Source: Phoronis australis
Taxonomy: Eukaryota > Animalia > Phoronida
Reading direction: 5' to 3'
DNA length: 64,000 nt
Assembly (NCBI GenBank): GCA_002633005.1
Contig: NMRA01000160.1
Coordinates: forward strand, 524,065-588,064
The notes beneath the pieces are model-generated. The model ran no database searches. It had not been told where the DNA came from and was given only the letters and a program-made list of their open reading frames with translations. A program made the position numbers and the translations under genes. Positions 36,999-50,383 of the stretch are shown here, one piece after another (within the stretch, counting starts at the first letter, position 1; each line of letters opens with the position of its first letter).

Positions 36999-38314
36999 CT
37001 GATGCCATGCGGGGGAGAAAGGGACATGCAAGGTTAGTTGAAAGGTTAGCTCTACCAACTATTCTGACAAAAAATTGGCTCCTGTTGGTGTGCGTCCTAA
37101 ACTGTTCGCACACACTGAAAGCACAAACCCAAACAAATAACTCTTTCCGCATAATTTTATTACTTCAAAGACACAGACTATAAAGACAACAACTGTCAAA
37201 GCAAAGCTACATACTCTGCAAGAAAAATAAAGATAAAAATAGCAAATATAAAAAAGGCATAACAAGCTGGGGTAAATGATTTGATTGACAGCAGTTGCAT
37301 TCGCTTGTTCTTGATAGGTTTTCTCATCACTACAAAAACGGTGCTTTTGACCTTGACCCTGTGCTGGAGAACAATAAGGCAGTTTTCAAAGTCTCTCCTG
37401 AGTTCTTTGAAATTCGTGGGAAACGAATCCATCATGGTCTCTGGATTGAGGTTCAATTTTAGGATTTGAGCACAGGGGGGCTAATTTTGCTTGTCCACTT
37501 CAAGACAAGAAGCACAGAAATGCTTGCGACTGTTTGTTTTAATTGTGTCATAAATTTATGAAAGGATTGTGTGGTTTTGCTTCAAGCTACAAAAGTTAGA
37601 AGCAAAACCATCCTGCAGTATATAAATTCTAACCCTGGAGACATGTATTGAGGATTGGGACTTTGAAATTGTTTTGAAGCACAACACCCCTGTGGGAGTG
37701 TAAAGAGTTTGATACAGCCACAACTGCAGGACTCTGTGCTAGAGATAAGGGAAAGACAGACAGGAAATGGTTACCATCAGACTAAACAAATCACAGCAAA
37801 GATATACATTGTAAAAAACAAACTCCCATTAGATAGAAACCCAACATCATGTATTGGATGAACACTTTAAGCAGACAAAAAAGCCATGATAATTCTTCAC
37901 CTATTTTGTGATTTTTTGTTTAACAAGGACTAGTTTCCTATTTTAATGTCATATAAATGGGTATTTCAACCCGTATCGGGAATTGTTAGCAACGGCCATC
38001 TTACTCTCGCGTTCATCATCAATACTGTATAATGTATATACCACCGGCCTAATAAGCACATAACAGACATTTCTGTCCTCTTGTGGAGGGGGAGATTGTG
38101 TTTTGTGCACTCTCAAAAATGGTGATAACAGTGAAGTAACTGGACCAGGACCATATAATAACAATAATGAAGCGTTCACAGAAACATCTCTCTTAGCGAT
38201 TTCACATTTTAGTTACTCAACCACAGGACATTGCCTGTAACTTCGGCACATTTTCAGTAATTGCCACTAATCCAATTGTTACTGTTAATATATCATACGG
38301 ACAAGTGAACTCAC

Positions 38315-38448
38315 CTCTCGCTCTCATCAGCAGCTTGGGATGCCTCATCTAGTTTGGCTACCACCTCATTGAGTCGTTCTTCTGTTAAATCAAAGTTATC
38401 TTGCAGGAGTGTCAATTTATTGTTCAGGGATATCACCTCGGCATCGGC
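38315..38448 (-). CDS. Tpm: Tropomyosin exon 3 (ADAEVISLNNKLTLLQDNFDLTEERLNEVVAKLDEASQAADESE-R)
   Basis: 134 nt, acceptor ttctttctacAG, donor AG|GTGAGT, phase 0/2, EASQAADESER motif. Confidence 0.97.
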
Positions 38449-39618
38449 CTGTAGAAAGAAAATCACAACTTTAATCCCCAGCATTACCCAGTCGACATGA
38501 ACGTACACAGCTTCGGTCAGTTTAGCCCTTACAACTCAGTATTCTCCATAACCAAAAATCCAAATGTGTCGGTAAGGCAGGCATCAAACGAAAGTGTCAT
38601 TAGCGAATCAACTATCATTCTCTGTAGTGCACAATTACCTGCCTCTTGCTCAATGTACTTTTAAGTTTAAAAACGGTAATTAAAACATGTTTGCCAACAG
38701 ATGAAAATTTCCTCTCTTGTAGATGAACACCCAACTGATTCCGACACTCAGCATCATATGGCTACTGCTCAGGATATGTGACTTATTGATGAGGTGGAGG
38801 TTACTAAGGCCCCACAGGTCCACCTCCAGAAATGATCAGAGGCCCTTCCTTTCACAGCAATTACAACCGTGCAACCTTTCGAAATTGTGCCCCACCCCAC
38901 TCACAATAGTCGGTGTTCATATTTACAAAATAATAGACAGCCAAGGACCAGTTTTTCCTCGGAGGTCATTTGTTGAGGGAATCTAACCTCCTGTGGATCT
39001 GCCACTGATGATGTGGGCATTGGACTACTGTGGCAATATCCAACCACAGGCTTGGACAGACATGTCGCTATGGCAACATTCAGTCACCAGCTGAACATCA
39101 AAGCTATGACCAGAGAGCAATGGGCTGACTGCAATATGGTCTATTTCAACTCCAAACAATTAATTCTTAAGTACAAAAAGTAGCAATGAACAAGTGGATT
39201 TTGTCAGGACCAGCTGCTGGATACATGGCATCCAAAATTTACAATTTACAGTTAACCTGTATCTTTAGCATTACTATTCCAAGTCATTTAGTCAAGAATT
39301 TTTCAAATTTACTCCACAACAGACTACACACATAATTGTACAGCTGGTCAATCTCAAAGGCGATATAATCATGTCTGCTATTCCAACATTCACTTATCAA
39401 TAACAGACTGCTAAGCATGACACCCCACTGCCCTTCTCCCTGCAGGACGTATTAAAATTAAATGTTGAGTCCAGCAAGTCTATGCCAGCTGAACAGCACA
39501 CAGAAGTAAAGGGGGAGGGGGTGCAAAGCTCCTACACAAACACTTGACTAGCAGTGGTAAACCATGTGTAAACAGAGCTCTAATAGGTGAACAGGGGAAC
39601 AGATTAATTCCTACATCA

Positions 39619-39628
39619 CCATATATGG
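39619..39628. promoter_or_regulatory. Perfect CArG box CCATATATGG in the tropomyosin intron upstream of exon 3
   Basis: Exact CC(A/T)6GG match. A second perfect one, CCATATAAGG, lies at 43334-43343 in the same intron. Confidence 0.3.
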
Positions 39629-42600
39629 AGTAAGGTTGAAATTACACCCCAGTCATGTTTGGACAACAATATGTGAAACCCCCACAGACACCACAGTGAC
39701 TGCTCTGATGCATAAAATCCAAGTGTTAAAGCCATATAAGATGTTCATTAGGGCCAACCAGTTAAGAATGTAAAAGGTCAGGTCAATCATTCAATTTTAC
39801 AATGTGTTTTACTCTATTGACAGGATGTAGCCAATATCAGCAGTCTGTGGCACTTGAAGGCAAATCTTCAGCAGCAGATCTACAGATCTACGCTGTGAGG
39901 GTGAGATAAAAGCCAGTAAGGCTTCTGACAAATACTTGGGCTTGTTGGCTTGAGCAGAATCAGAACAACAGCACAATGGCAAACGCATCCAACTGACCGC
40001 TCGTGTTGGGGGACCGAGATGCCACATTTGGTACCTGACAATGCCACATTCGCATTATGACCTTGGATAGAAGACATATACCATAATATTGCTGACAGAG
40101 AGCACATGCCCAGGGAAAGGCGAGAGAGTCAACATGTTATGACATCCAATCCACCTTAAATGTTGATTAGGGGTGATGACAAACAAACTAACTGCTGGCA
40201 AAAATGACCCCTTCTATCTTGCCAAAATGTTAGCATTTTCGTATCTGAAAACTGGTGGCATTTTTACCACCAATGAGAACCTTGTACCAAGTGTTGACTA
40301 GCACAAATTGTTTCAACTCAAACTTTGAACATGTCATTTATTGACCAGAAGGCTTAAGACTTGTTCCACCATTCAATATATATATTCCACAATAAACACA
40401 GGCCAGATAAGAGACCAGAAACACTTCACATTTATAGAATAAGATAACAGGACAAAAATGTGTATTTGGGCTGGAAGAGTGGCAGCCTTGTGTGCAAACC
40501 TATTTAAACTATGTTGACAAAGGGGACATTGGTTAGGAGAGCTTTGCTGCTTGGGAAATAAGACCAAGCTTCATAAGCCCTCATTGCCAGTTCCCCGTCT
40601 TGCAAAGATTTGTTGAACGACAGCCGCATAACATATGAACTTATGTAACAATCTACAGAAACAGACAGATTCACTGAAATGCCCTCAATGAAAACTAAAA
40701 ACCATGCCCACGACTCAACGTGGTCCGGCACAGCCCACCTCAGTCACTGTTATAACAAGCCCATGACAAAGTCCTTCGTAAATGTGATCAGATTCTCTAC
40801 AACATGTTGTACACAGCGCTCTATCTATGATGACAAGTCTTTGAGCTCATAAATCCATAGATTATGCTTGGAAGAAAACAACTTCAGTTATGGGTTAGAA
40901 ATCATCTAGATGTCGAATTGAAATTTTAGTTATATTCAAAATCCATAGGCAAGAGGGCAGTTGTAACAACCACTCAACACAAAAAAAATCCATTTCCCAC
41001 CAATTTCTAGTAATATTGGGGTAATTTGCCATGGAGACAAGACCATCCTCCAGTGATTCAGTTTTTAAGAATGACTAGTGAACACATTCGCATAAAATAC
41101 TGAAAGGGTAATCCCTGGTGCAAGATATTCATCACTTGACTCTCTGCCATGTATGGAGACTACAAAACTCAATAAACTCACTACTGTAGTGCAATCATCA
41201 CATTCCACAGCCATGAATCACCACTTGGAGCCCCAGACAGACTGCTAGGATGTGTCCAATCTCCATGTGCTTGCCAGTAGGGTTTATATGTTAGTGGTTT
41301 GGGATAGCACTGGCTCATTGAAATGGAGGTTTTGTTGGCGAAATGTGAAACTACCAATACTTCGTGAGATATAGGCGGAGTATAAAAGCAGCGATATTTT
41401 AAGGTCAGTTCATATCTTTTCAATGTACAAGTTTGAGCCATCAATTATGCCAACTTCTACTTCCAGAAGAGTGCCAAAACTCATAAGTTAAATACTAGCC
41501 GCTTCCTTAACAGATATTTGTGTTTAGTAATGAAACTTATAAAACAGGGATGAAAATTTGATACTCAATACAAGCTCTTTGTGATATTTCCGTCTTATTA
41601 CCAAATGCAACACAAGGATTTTTCTAGGATTCAAGACAGGTTACATTAAACATAAAGTTTTGTTTTCAACAAAGCGCTAACTTGATCTCAACATTTGGCG
41701 CACATTAAAAAGATCAGTTTGCTACGTTTCAGTGAAACGGCCTTCAACCCTATAATCCAACCCAGTCAGAATGCACCGTGGGTTCAAACAGGTATCTTAA
41801 CGCTTGTTGCACCTGTCACACAGGGTCACATCACATACCAGCATAGACAGTCAGGAGATGATGCCCAATGACACCTGTACACTTCATGAAATGATTGCCT
41901 AAGCTACTCCACCAAGTCAGGTGAAAATCAATGAGCTTACAATCCTCAGCTGATGGACATGCACTACACAACAACACAAACAGAAAGGGGGTGTGATCAG
42001 GTCAAAAGCTAATTGCTGTGCTGACCAAGTCACAGTATCAGAGTATTCAACTTCAATTTCATTTGAAAAGGGGCCAAGCCTAAAATGCACAAAAGGGGGA
42101 GGGCTATTGAACTGTTCTGTACCTCTGATGCAGTATGGACACAAGAGTTAAGAAGTTAATAAACTTAAAATTGAGTTAAATACGCCAGAACAATGCGTTT
42201 CCAATCTGTAAAAACATGAGTCTATGTGAACTTGCAATAAATTTTTTCAAGTCCAACAAACTTACTATTCAGTGGTCTCCACAACCTGTTTTGAATCACA
42301 GGAGCTCCCCTCTTGAGATATCCTACCAACATTTTCTCAATTTTCCCCAAGTTAAAATTGATTTTCTCACCACCATCATCTTGAAACTGATGTCAAGGTC
42401 ACCAAAAATGACTGACGCCAGGAGTCGCCACACCTGCACGGCTACACCTCAGCACAAAATACCAACGTAATCCGAAGTTCCTTTCTTGAGATATCGCATC
42501 GACAACATTACATGATGTACGGACATCAAATCCAAGGGAATAGAAAACATTTAATTGTTGGACAATGACTTGGACACATTAATCTAGACACAGCAAAGTG

Positions 42601-43162
42601 CTAGCCAGCCAAATATGTAATATGTTGGAGGACTGACAGAATTCATCACATTAAAAATGTGTCCCTAATGGTGGTGGATCTTCACAATGAAGAAATTAAT
42701 GAGCTCCATTCAACACATAGTGTTATCACATGTATAATTAGGAACACTAAACCACACCAAAACACGAACTAAAACAGAGATTTTCAAAAGTAGCACTTAG
42801 TGGGGCTTCAATGTGTACACATTTTTCATTCATTCAATTTCTTATCCATATCTCAGCTAAGCTTCCCGAAACTCCCGCAAACAATGTGGTGATTTTGAGG
42901 CAACCGCGTTTCAAAGTGCTAGTCAAATGCATTTTAGATCATCTAGAAATATACCCAAAGAGAGCACAGAATGTTGTATTTTGGAAGAAAAATTCACCGC
43001 TTCCGTTCTATCCAATCCAGGACTTTTTGCATCAAATGTCTGGTGAGAGCCTTGTAGTTATATTAGGGAACCAAGTCTAGGTAATGTTATTAACACAAAA
43101 CAGTAATGCCCCCATTGAATAACATTTAGCCTGTCATTCACCCTAAAACTACTACAATTATG

Positions 43163-43938
43163 TTTCCAGAGGTGATCAACATTTTTCCACAGGGTTGCAC
43201 AATGGGCCACAGAAGTGCCTGACAAGTGGACCATTCACCCATACTGTAAAGTAGCATTAAGACAGACACAGTGCTGTGTTTATTCAGCCTGGGAACAGTT
43301 GAGTAGAGGGAAATGGCTTTTGCACTGGCATGACCATATAAGGAGGGAAGAAAACTCAAAATTGAAAGCTAAAAATCTGAACACCAAATTATAAATTTGC
43401 ACTGGGCTTACTCAGGATTATGTCATCATTTCCATAGAATGCTCTCTCTGTTCAAACTGACACACTCAATAGGCCTTTTGCGAGTTTATAACAATAACGC
43501 GAGATTATGTGAGACTTAACTGTGACGTCACGGGAAGTGGGGCAAAAGCTCGTCGTTTGGTCATTTGCCCAATAGGGTAGCAGAGTGTATTCTGTTATTG
43601 TCTTCTGAGTTTTTAGCCGTTTAGTTCNTTTCCAGAGGTGATCAACATTTTTCCACAGGGTTGCACAATGGGCCACAGAAGTGCCTGACAAGTGGACCAT
43701 TCACCCATACTGTAAAGTAGCATTAAGACAGACACAGTGCTGTGTTTATTCAGCCTGGGAACAGTTGAGCAGAGGGAAATGGCTTTTGCACTGGCATGAC
43801 CATATAAGGAGGGAAGAAAACTCAAAATTGAAAGCTAAAAATCTGAACACCAAATTATAAATTTGCACTGGGCTTACTCAGGATTATGACATATCATTTC
43901 CACAGAATGCTCTCTCTGTTCAAACTGACTCACTCAAT
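43163..43938. repeat. Near-identical ~310-bp duplication across the n at 43628, probably a haplotype artefact
   Basis: 43163-43470 recurs at 43629-43938 with few differences. Confidence 0.85.
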
Positions 43939-46900
43939 TAACATTTTTATCACTTATCGTGAGTAGTCTTGCTCTGACAAGGCCATTCATTGGCAGAACA
44001 TAAAAACTAAAAACTTTTAATCACAGGAAATAAACTAGCAACTGGTGTTATACAATGAATTGCTTTGTGAGAATAGCTCCCATCAACACCTTCCTGCTTG
44101 TTCATGTCTAATCTCTACTCAGATTTCAACTTGTGGATATTGCCAAGGTCAGACTGACTGTACAGTTCATCGCCATTATATCCCAGAGTTGACTGATAAC
44201 ATGGCACAATTGGCGACTGGTTACACCCAAAACAAGTTTCACTGGTTTACTTCAAGGAAACCAAAATTTTATCATTTCTGACAATCCTGTTTTACTTAAT
44301 ACATTGCTCATTGTTGCAAATGCTCAAAATTGTACCAAATCCTCTTTTGGAGTCACCTTAATAGTAAAACCACACTTAGATAAGCAAGAAATGTTTATTG
44401 TTATAGAACATTTTGATTAAAAATATTGTGACCATTCTACATACTGTTCTGTCCAAAATTGAAGCCTTCAGTATTATCCAACGTTCGTTTTATCTTTAAA
44501 CAATTAGCACTGCTGTCCAACTAACTGAATTAAAGAATGTATACCATTGTTTATTTCAAAAGTACTTCCGGAAAACAAAAAGGTAAATTAAAAGCATCAT
44601 GTTTCAAACAGGAATATTAATCCGTGTTGTTTCTTGTACTTAATTTTGCAATTAACTGAACAAGACATCCTTAAGTACCAGTAACACACATCTCAATCCT
44701 AGTTATGAAATGAGTTTTCAGTGGAGCAACTGAACAGCATCAGTCCCAAACCAAAGCAACACAATTTAGCCCAGTTGCAGAAACGTTGTCAAGATAATTC
44801 AATCATTTAGAGCCTCTGGGCCTGAAAGGAGTTGGCCCAAGGAAAATTACAGTGCTGGACACGGCTTGAGACATAAAACTGATTTTCAAAGCCATCCCTA
44901 TTCAGTACCAGACAAAAAAAGACTAGCTGATGATCTTGTTTGAGAATAAGGTTAAAAGTTCATGTTAACTGGAATAACAACCTCTTGATGAAGTCACAAC
45001 ATGTTGAAAATGGCCATATCGCTACATGATGACAGGAGTATTTGTGCAAACTAACCTATGGCACCAACAGTTCAAATGAAGCTTACAGAATTTCACAGCG
45101 ATTTTTAATCCTTTGTAACTACCTGGGCCTCAAATCACCATTTTGGGTGGTGGCATATTAAAACGCTTCGCAAAATAGTCCTACAATGATGCCTGTGAAT
45201 TAAACAAACTTTCATCTCCATCGAAATTGTCCGTAATGACAATCAGAAGTTGCAATTGAGTACAGGTAGCAATCGCAATAAGGAAATAGTTCTATGCATT
45301 GTGTCGGGAAATTGTGGGCATTCACATTCACAAAGTTAGAAGCTTTTTGAAAAATGAAAGCGGTTAATTTTGGCAATTATTTTTCTCCAAAACTGGTAAG
45401 ATTTTACTGTAAGCCATTGCAGAGAAACTGGTGGCTTAAAATTTGAGCATGGTGGTTAAATTTGAGCAGGGCCACCACACTCATACACAGCCTGGCTGTA
45501 GGCATTTCATTACAACCAAATCCACTTGTAATCTTTATAATCAACGAAAACCTAGACAAAATGACTAAGTTTGGGGGTTATGGTCAGAAGTCTATGGTTA
45601 TCACCAATCACTTTGTCTATCAACTTCTAAAAGGTACATAAACTTATCAGCCACTCCGTTCATAAAATGGCTTCTACAATAATGACATGAATCACAGGAT
45701 ATGAAGAGTAAAATCTAACAATAGTGAGCAACTAATATCTCATATCATAACCACAATCATGAATCATGATTGGACGGAACTAAACATCATCCCTACAACT
45801 GACCATGATATTTGCAGAGCCATATCACTGCATTGCTTGAAAAAGTCGTGTTCCAACTAAGCCAAAACAGTCAACAGTTTTAGGAAAACAACCAAACACC
45901 AAAGTTGTGACTGGGGATAAGAGAATAAATCTATTCACCACACACACAGGCACACACACTGAAAGCTCAGTAATGTATGAATTTAGGTCAGGGTATGACT
46001 CATGTGACCTAGATAACAGCAGTGAGACACCAAGCTTTAGGTGCAAAAATGGTGGTCTCTCCCTTTACACCAACCTGGTGATGTGGAAATCTGATGTTTC
46101 CCTTGTCACAACCACAAATACCAACACACCAGTAATCGGTAGGCAATATTAATCATTTGGTGACGCACATTTCCTCTCAAGTTACCAAGGTGGTGCCAGG
46201 ACCCTCTAGTTTCAGACAAGTCAGAGATTTATTCAAAAGCATCTAATCAAAAACATATTGACAGTATGTGAACCGAGAGACTAAGGCTAACCAAATTCAA
46301 GAACTTATCGAGGTTTGCAATGCACCACCTATTCACTAATAAAGATCAACAAAATCCCAAATTCAACAGATAACCTCAAAATGTTAAAAAATTCACCAAA
46401 GCCAACAACCACTATATTTTATCGGGGATTATATTCAAATATTTCAAACAACTGCACTGTATGCGAATTGAAAGTTTACTCCAATTTTTCACAGGAATTT
46501 GTCAATTATTGAGTGGTGAATCAACTGAAGTTCTGTAGTCTGTGGGTCCCTCATAGCTGCACCTATTCACAAATACACCAGATAAGCTGAAAACGCTCCT
46601 AATAAGGCAATGAGACAGTGGCCATTATCAGTCTTTTTTCCTATCTTTTATTGTAAACATAACAAAACAAATGACCCATATATTATTGTTTGATTATTCC
46701 TCATTCAACTGATGTATGACAGGCAAAATTCCTCACCCATCATAAACCTGTAGAAGCATAGAGTTGGAATGCTCAACAGTCCTAATGGACAATTAGGTGT
46801 GTTAGGGAGCTTACAAATAGCATGCTCTTTGAAATATCTAAAAGGAAAGGAGAGTTTCATATACTAGTAAGAACTTGCACAAGAGTATGTCTTGGTGAAC

Positions 46901-47890
46901 GGACTCCGCTGATCAAAGGTCCACTGGATTTTATCAAGTAAAATTTGTCTCAACAGTCCAACTATTACTCAGCTACATCTGTATTATAACTGCATTCTTT
47001 ACGAAATAAATTGACACATTCACCCATCGGGTCAATTCCGAGTTTTTGCATCCACGACAAAGACTGATGTTAGCCTCATCAATTGGCTTCAGGCAATTAG
47101 TATTTAACAGACTAACACAGTATTGGCCAAATATATCTGTCCGATATGGTAAATCTGTTTCATCCACAGAATAGAAGACCCATTATCCAGTGCATGCCAG
47201 ATTCCCAAAATCAAGGACCCCTATATCTGACTGTTGCCAACTAAAACCATTCTTTTGACAGAGTTATACTAGAACTGAAACCCCTACTACTCATTACTGA
47301 AAGGGCAAATATGCTGAATTTTTTGGAATTGTTCTGCTAGATGTCAGTAAAACTAAAAGCCACAAGTATGTAGTGTGGATTTGACAGTCATCATCATTTT
47401 AATATACCGGCTTTGCTTGGCTAACAGAAAGAATAATAACAGAAACTTCTAATAAGTACTAAGTTCGACTCCGAAATGTCATGATTCCTGCCTCATGGAA
47501 TATATGCGCAAGTACACTTTAAAATATCTAGGAATTTCATTGAGAAATGTTTAAACATATTTAACTGGCATGTGTGTAAAGTTGGTAGTCGACAAGAAAG
47601 GTTAAAAGTCAAAATACATTTCCAAATTACAGTTCAAGTTTCAACTTAGTCTTCCAAGTAGAAAAATCAAAAATGTGAGCGGACAACTTGTAATTCTTTT
47701 AAATAAAGATCGGAAAAAAGCCAGTTTGATTTCAGTCATTTAAACAAATAAAACACCAGAAATCTGAAACATAACTTGGCGCTGAAATACCCAGGCCTTC
47801 GACTATCAACAGTACAGAGGCCGGGTTCAGACATCGAACTTGTCGGCCCAACCCACCCTACACGGCACACCAGTACAGTTGTTTACTCAC

Positions 47891-48028
47891 GGCTTCTTTC
47901 TCTTCCCTTAAACAGCAACATTCCTTTTCTTTTTGTTGAACGTCAGTTTCTAATTCTTCAATTTTTTCTTTGAGTTGTGCAACCCTCTTCTTAACAACAT
48001 TGACTGTTACGTTGTGTCCCCCCTCCAT
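47891..48028 (-). CDS. Tpm: Tropomyosin exon 1b, short-isoform first exon (MEGGHNVTVNVVKKRVAQLKEKIEELETDVQQKEKECCCLREEKEA, 46 aa)
   Basis: ATG at 48028, VKKRVAQL heptad pattern typical of exon 1b, phase-0 donor GCC|GTGAGT, and the expected position between exons 2 and 3. Gives a 250-aa isoform. Confidence 0.9.
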
Positions 48029-50383
48029 AGTTTTCGGTTTAGTTTCAGCGGCAAATGCAACCAGCAAGACGACTGATATTAAATGGCCGACACCGGTTTG
48101 CTAGACTGTGCACTCATCCGTATACATCCGCGAGATATTCGAATAACGCCTAATTCGTCGCATCTCATAATAGTTGAACTTAAAAAGCACATAGCTTAAA
48201 TTTTTTTACAATCTGCGCAAGTGCTTGACATTTTCATTTCTCGCATAAGCCTAAAACTATCAAGTGCCCATTGGCGGTACAATTTGGCGGATTAACTTTA
48301 TTTGACCTAATCACTTGCGTTCCACTCAAACTGGGTCAATGACATACCTGGGCTGAACGCGTCCTGTGGTAAAAAATCACTCGGCACGCCTGCTCCATTT
48401 GAATTTTTCTGTATCAGAATTTAATTCAGCAAAATCAAATTCGGACATTAAAACAAGGTTTGCTTCTTGCTTTTTGTCGCTAACAGCGAACTCTAAGCAA
48501 TTTTGAAGCAAAAATTAAAATTTCCCCCACGAAAAAATAAGTATCATGGTAAAACTAAAATCTAAAAATGCATTTTCAATTTTCACGTAGGGGACTACAT
48601 AAAAACTCCATTAACTCAAACGGATGCTTTGTCAGACCAAGGGTAGCACATACTGCAGTGAGACAACACAGGTTACAAAGCTCCCCCGCCCCTCGGGGAC
48701 TGTTTAATTAGTGCATTTTGGAAAACACGAGTACGAAAATTTTCACGCCTCACAATTTTACATGCATTAGGAGAAATGTAAGACTCAAACCACCGTATTT
48801 TTCAAAGGACTTGCACTCGAGACTTGTAATCGGGAATAATACTAAATGTATTAACTTTAAAGTCATTTAGGTTAACGAATCTTACGTTTCAACATAAAAT
48901 GAGGAATGATTTAAAAAATCGTAAGAATTTTGAATAGGGGACTTTTTAACTCGACGCTTGTTTAATCGGGCAGCTCGTTGCGCCATCTATGTGCCAATGA
49001 AGGACATTCGAGTCACTAGTAGATGGGGAGTGGCCGTCGGGAAGTGCATCTCAGAAGCCAGAGCCACGCCCAGTTTTCCCTACTAAGTAATGACTTTTCA
49101 GACAAATCCCCTGCGAAAGAGTTTACTTTAGGAGTTTGAAACTCTACAAATTTTTTTTCCACAAATCTGGGGAACCTTATTTTCTTCCAACTGACGCCAA
49201 GTCTACATTTTTGACAACATAGCCCCAGCTCTAGTAATGGTGCTTTGGACTTGTGGGTAAAATTCAGCTGTTAAAGAATTCCTGGCTGAGAAAGGGTTAG
49301 GTTTACGGAATGCGGAATCCCTACAGAAGGGTAATGTTTTGGAACTGAATCCTCTCCCGGAAATTCATGGTTACTATTTCCCTGGAAGCTGGATACACTG
49401 ATGGGTTCCCATTTATCGAGTCCACACTCTAAATGAATGGGTATTCTACTTTTCCATCCCCCCGTCAAAGGGTAATCACTAAACCTGCTCTAGGGGGAAA
49501 AGCGCAGCTGGGCCGTGACATCATTGCTAAAACATCGTCATCAATCAAACACATGCATGGAGTGGATTCAAGAAGTAGCAACTTTTTACGCCATTTCAGT
49601 GCTGGCGTTGTGTAGTAGATGGGGTTGTCTGAAGTCCATGGGCCTACTCCACGTGATACCTGACGTCGACACTATTTTACGAACATGATTTTACGGAAGT
49701 GTATAGCGTCAATATAGAAATAAAAGCTTTAAGGTCTGGAATTTGGCGTTTCCTGTAACCAGGAAAGAATACTTGAACACCCCGCGACGTATTTGTGACC
49801 TAGATAGCTTACTCCGTCGATCGTGGTCTTGATCTAGACCTGCTACATATCTTGTCAGCGCATGTTGTAAAACAGAGCAGACGGGATTTACTCATACACT
49901 ACAGCTCAATAAACGACTTTCGTCACTACAATTCCTTTTCTGTCACTGTGCCCGTGCTCAAAATTACAGATTTGCCTGTCCGCGTCCACGCGCAGCGGTA
50001 CTATACTGGCGGACGGACCTCCGACATATATCTAGAATGGCTGAACATTGACTCTGATGCTCTGTTAAGAGTACAGCAACAAAGATTTGCCTTGATCAAC
50101 GGAATAGAGCATCACGCGAGACTGTTTATAGACCTACAAATGGCATGCTTATACAGTTACCAATTTGGAAGCCGAGGCGTTTGGCAAATGGAAAACAGAT
50201 TTGAGCAACTGTTGGCTGGCAGTGTGCGCAGTCAGATGGGTTCGCTGGCATTACGGTAAATGGCAATCGCTGGCAAAACTGAAATAGACACTACAGAGCA
50301 ACTACATACAGTTCTCAAGCTCAACGCGCAGACGACAGATAAAAAATGATAATAACATGAATCATGAGGAGATAATCACGTAC

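Noticed and set aside
37196-37456. ORF MMDSFPTNFKELRRDFENCLIVLQHR as a possible internal first exon before the exon-4 array
   Set aside because: The nearest GT sites are weak and phase 0, whereas exon 4 needs phase 2.
39064-39077. RFX X-box-like palindrome GTCGCTATGGCAAC
   Set aside because: An isolated intronic match with no nearby supported TSS, which cannot be told from chance.
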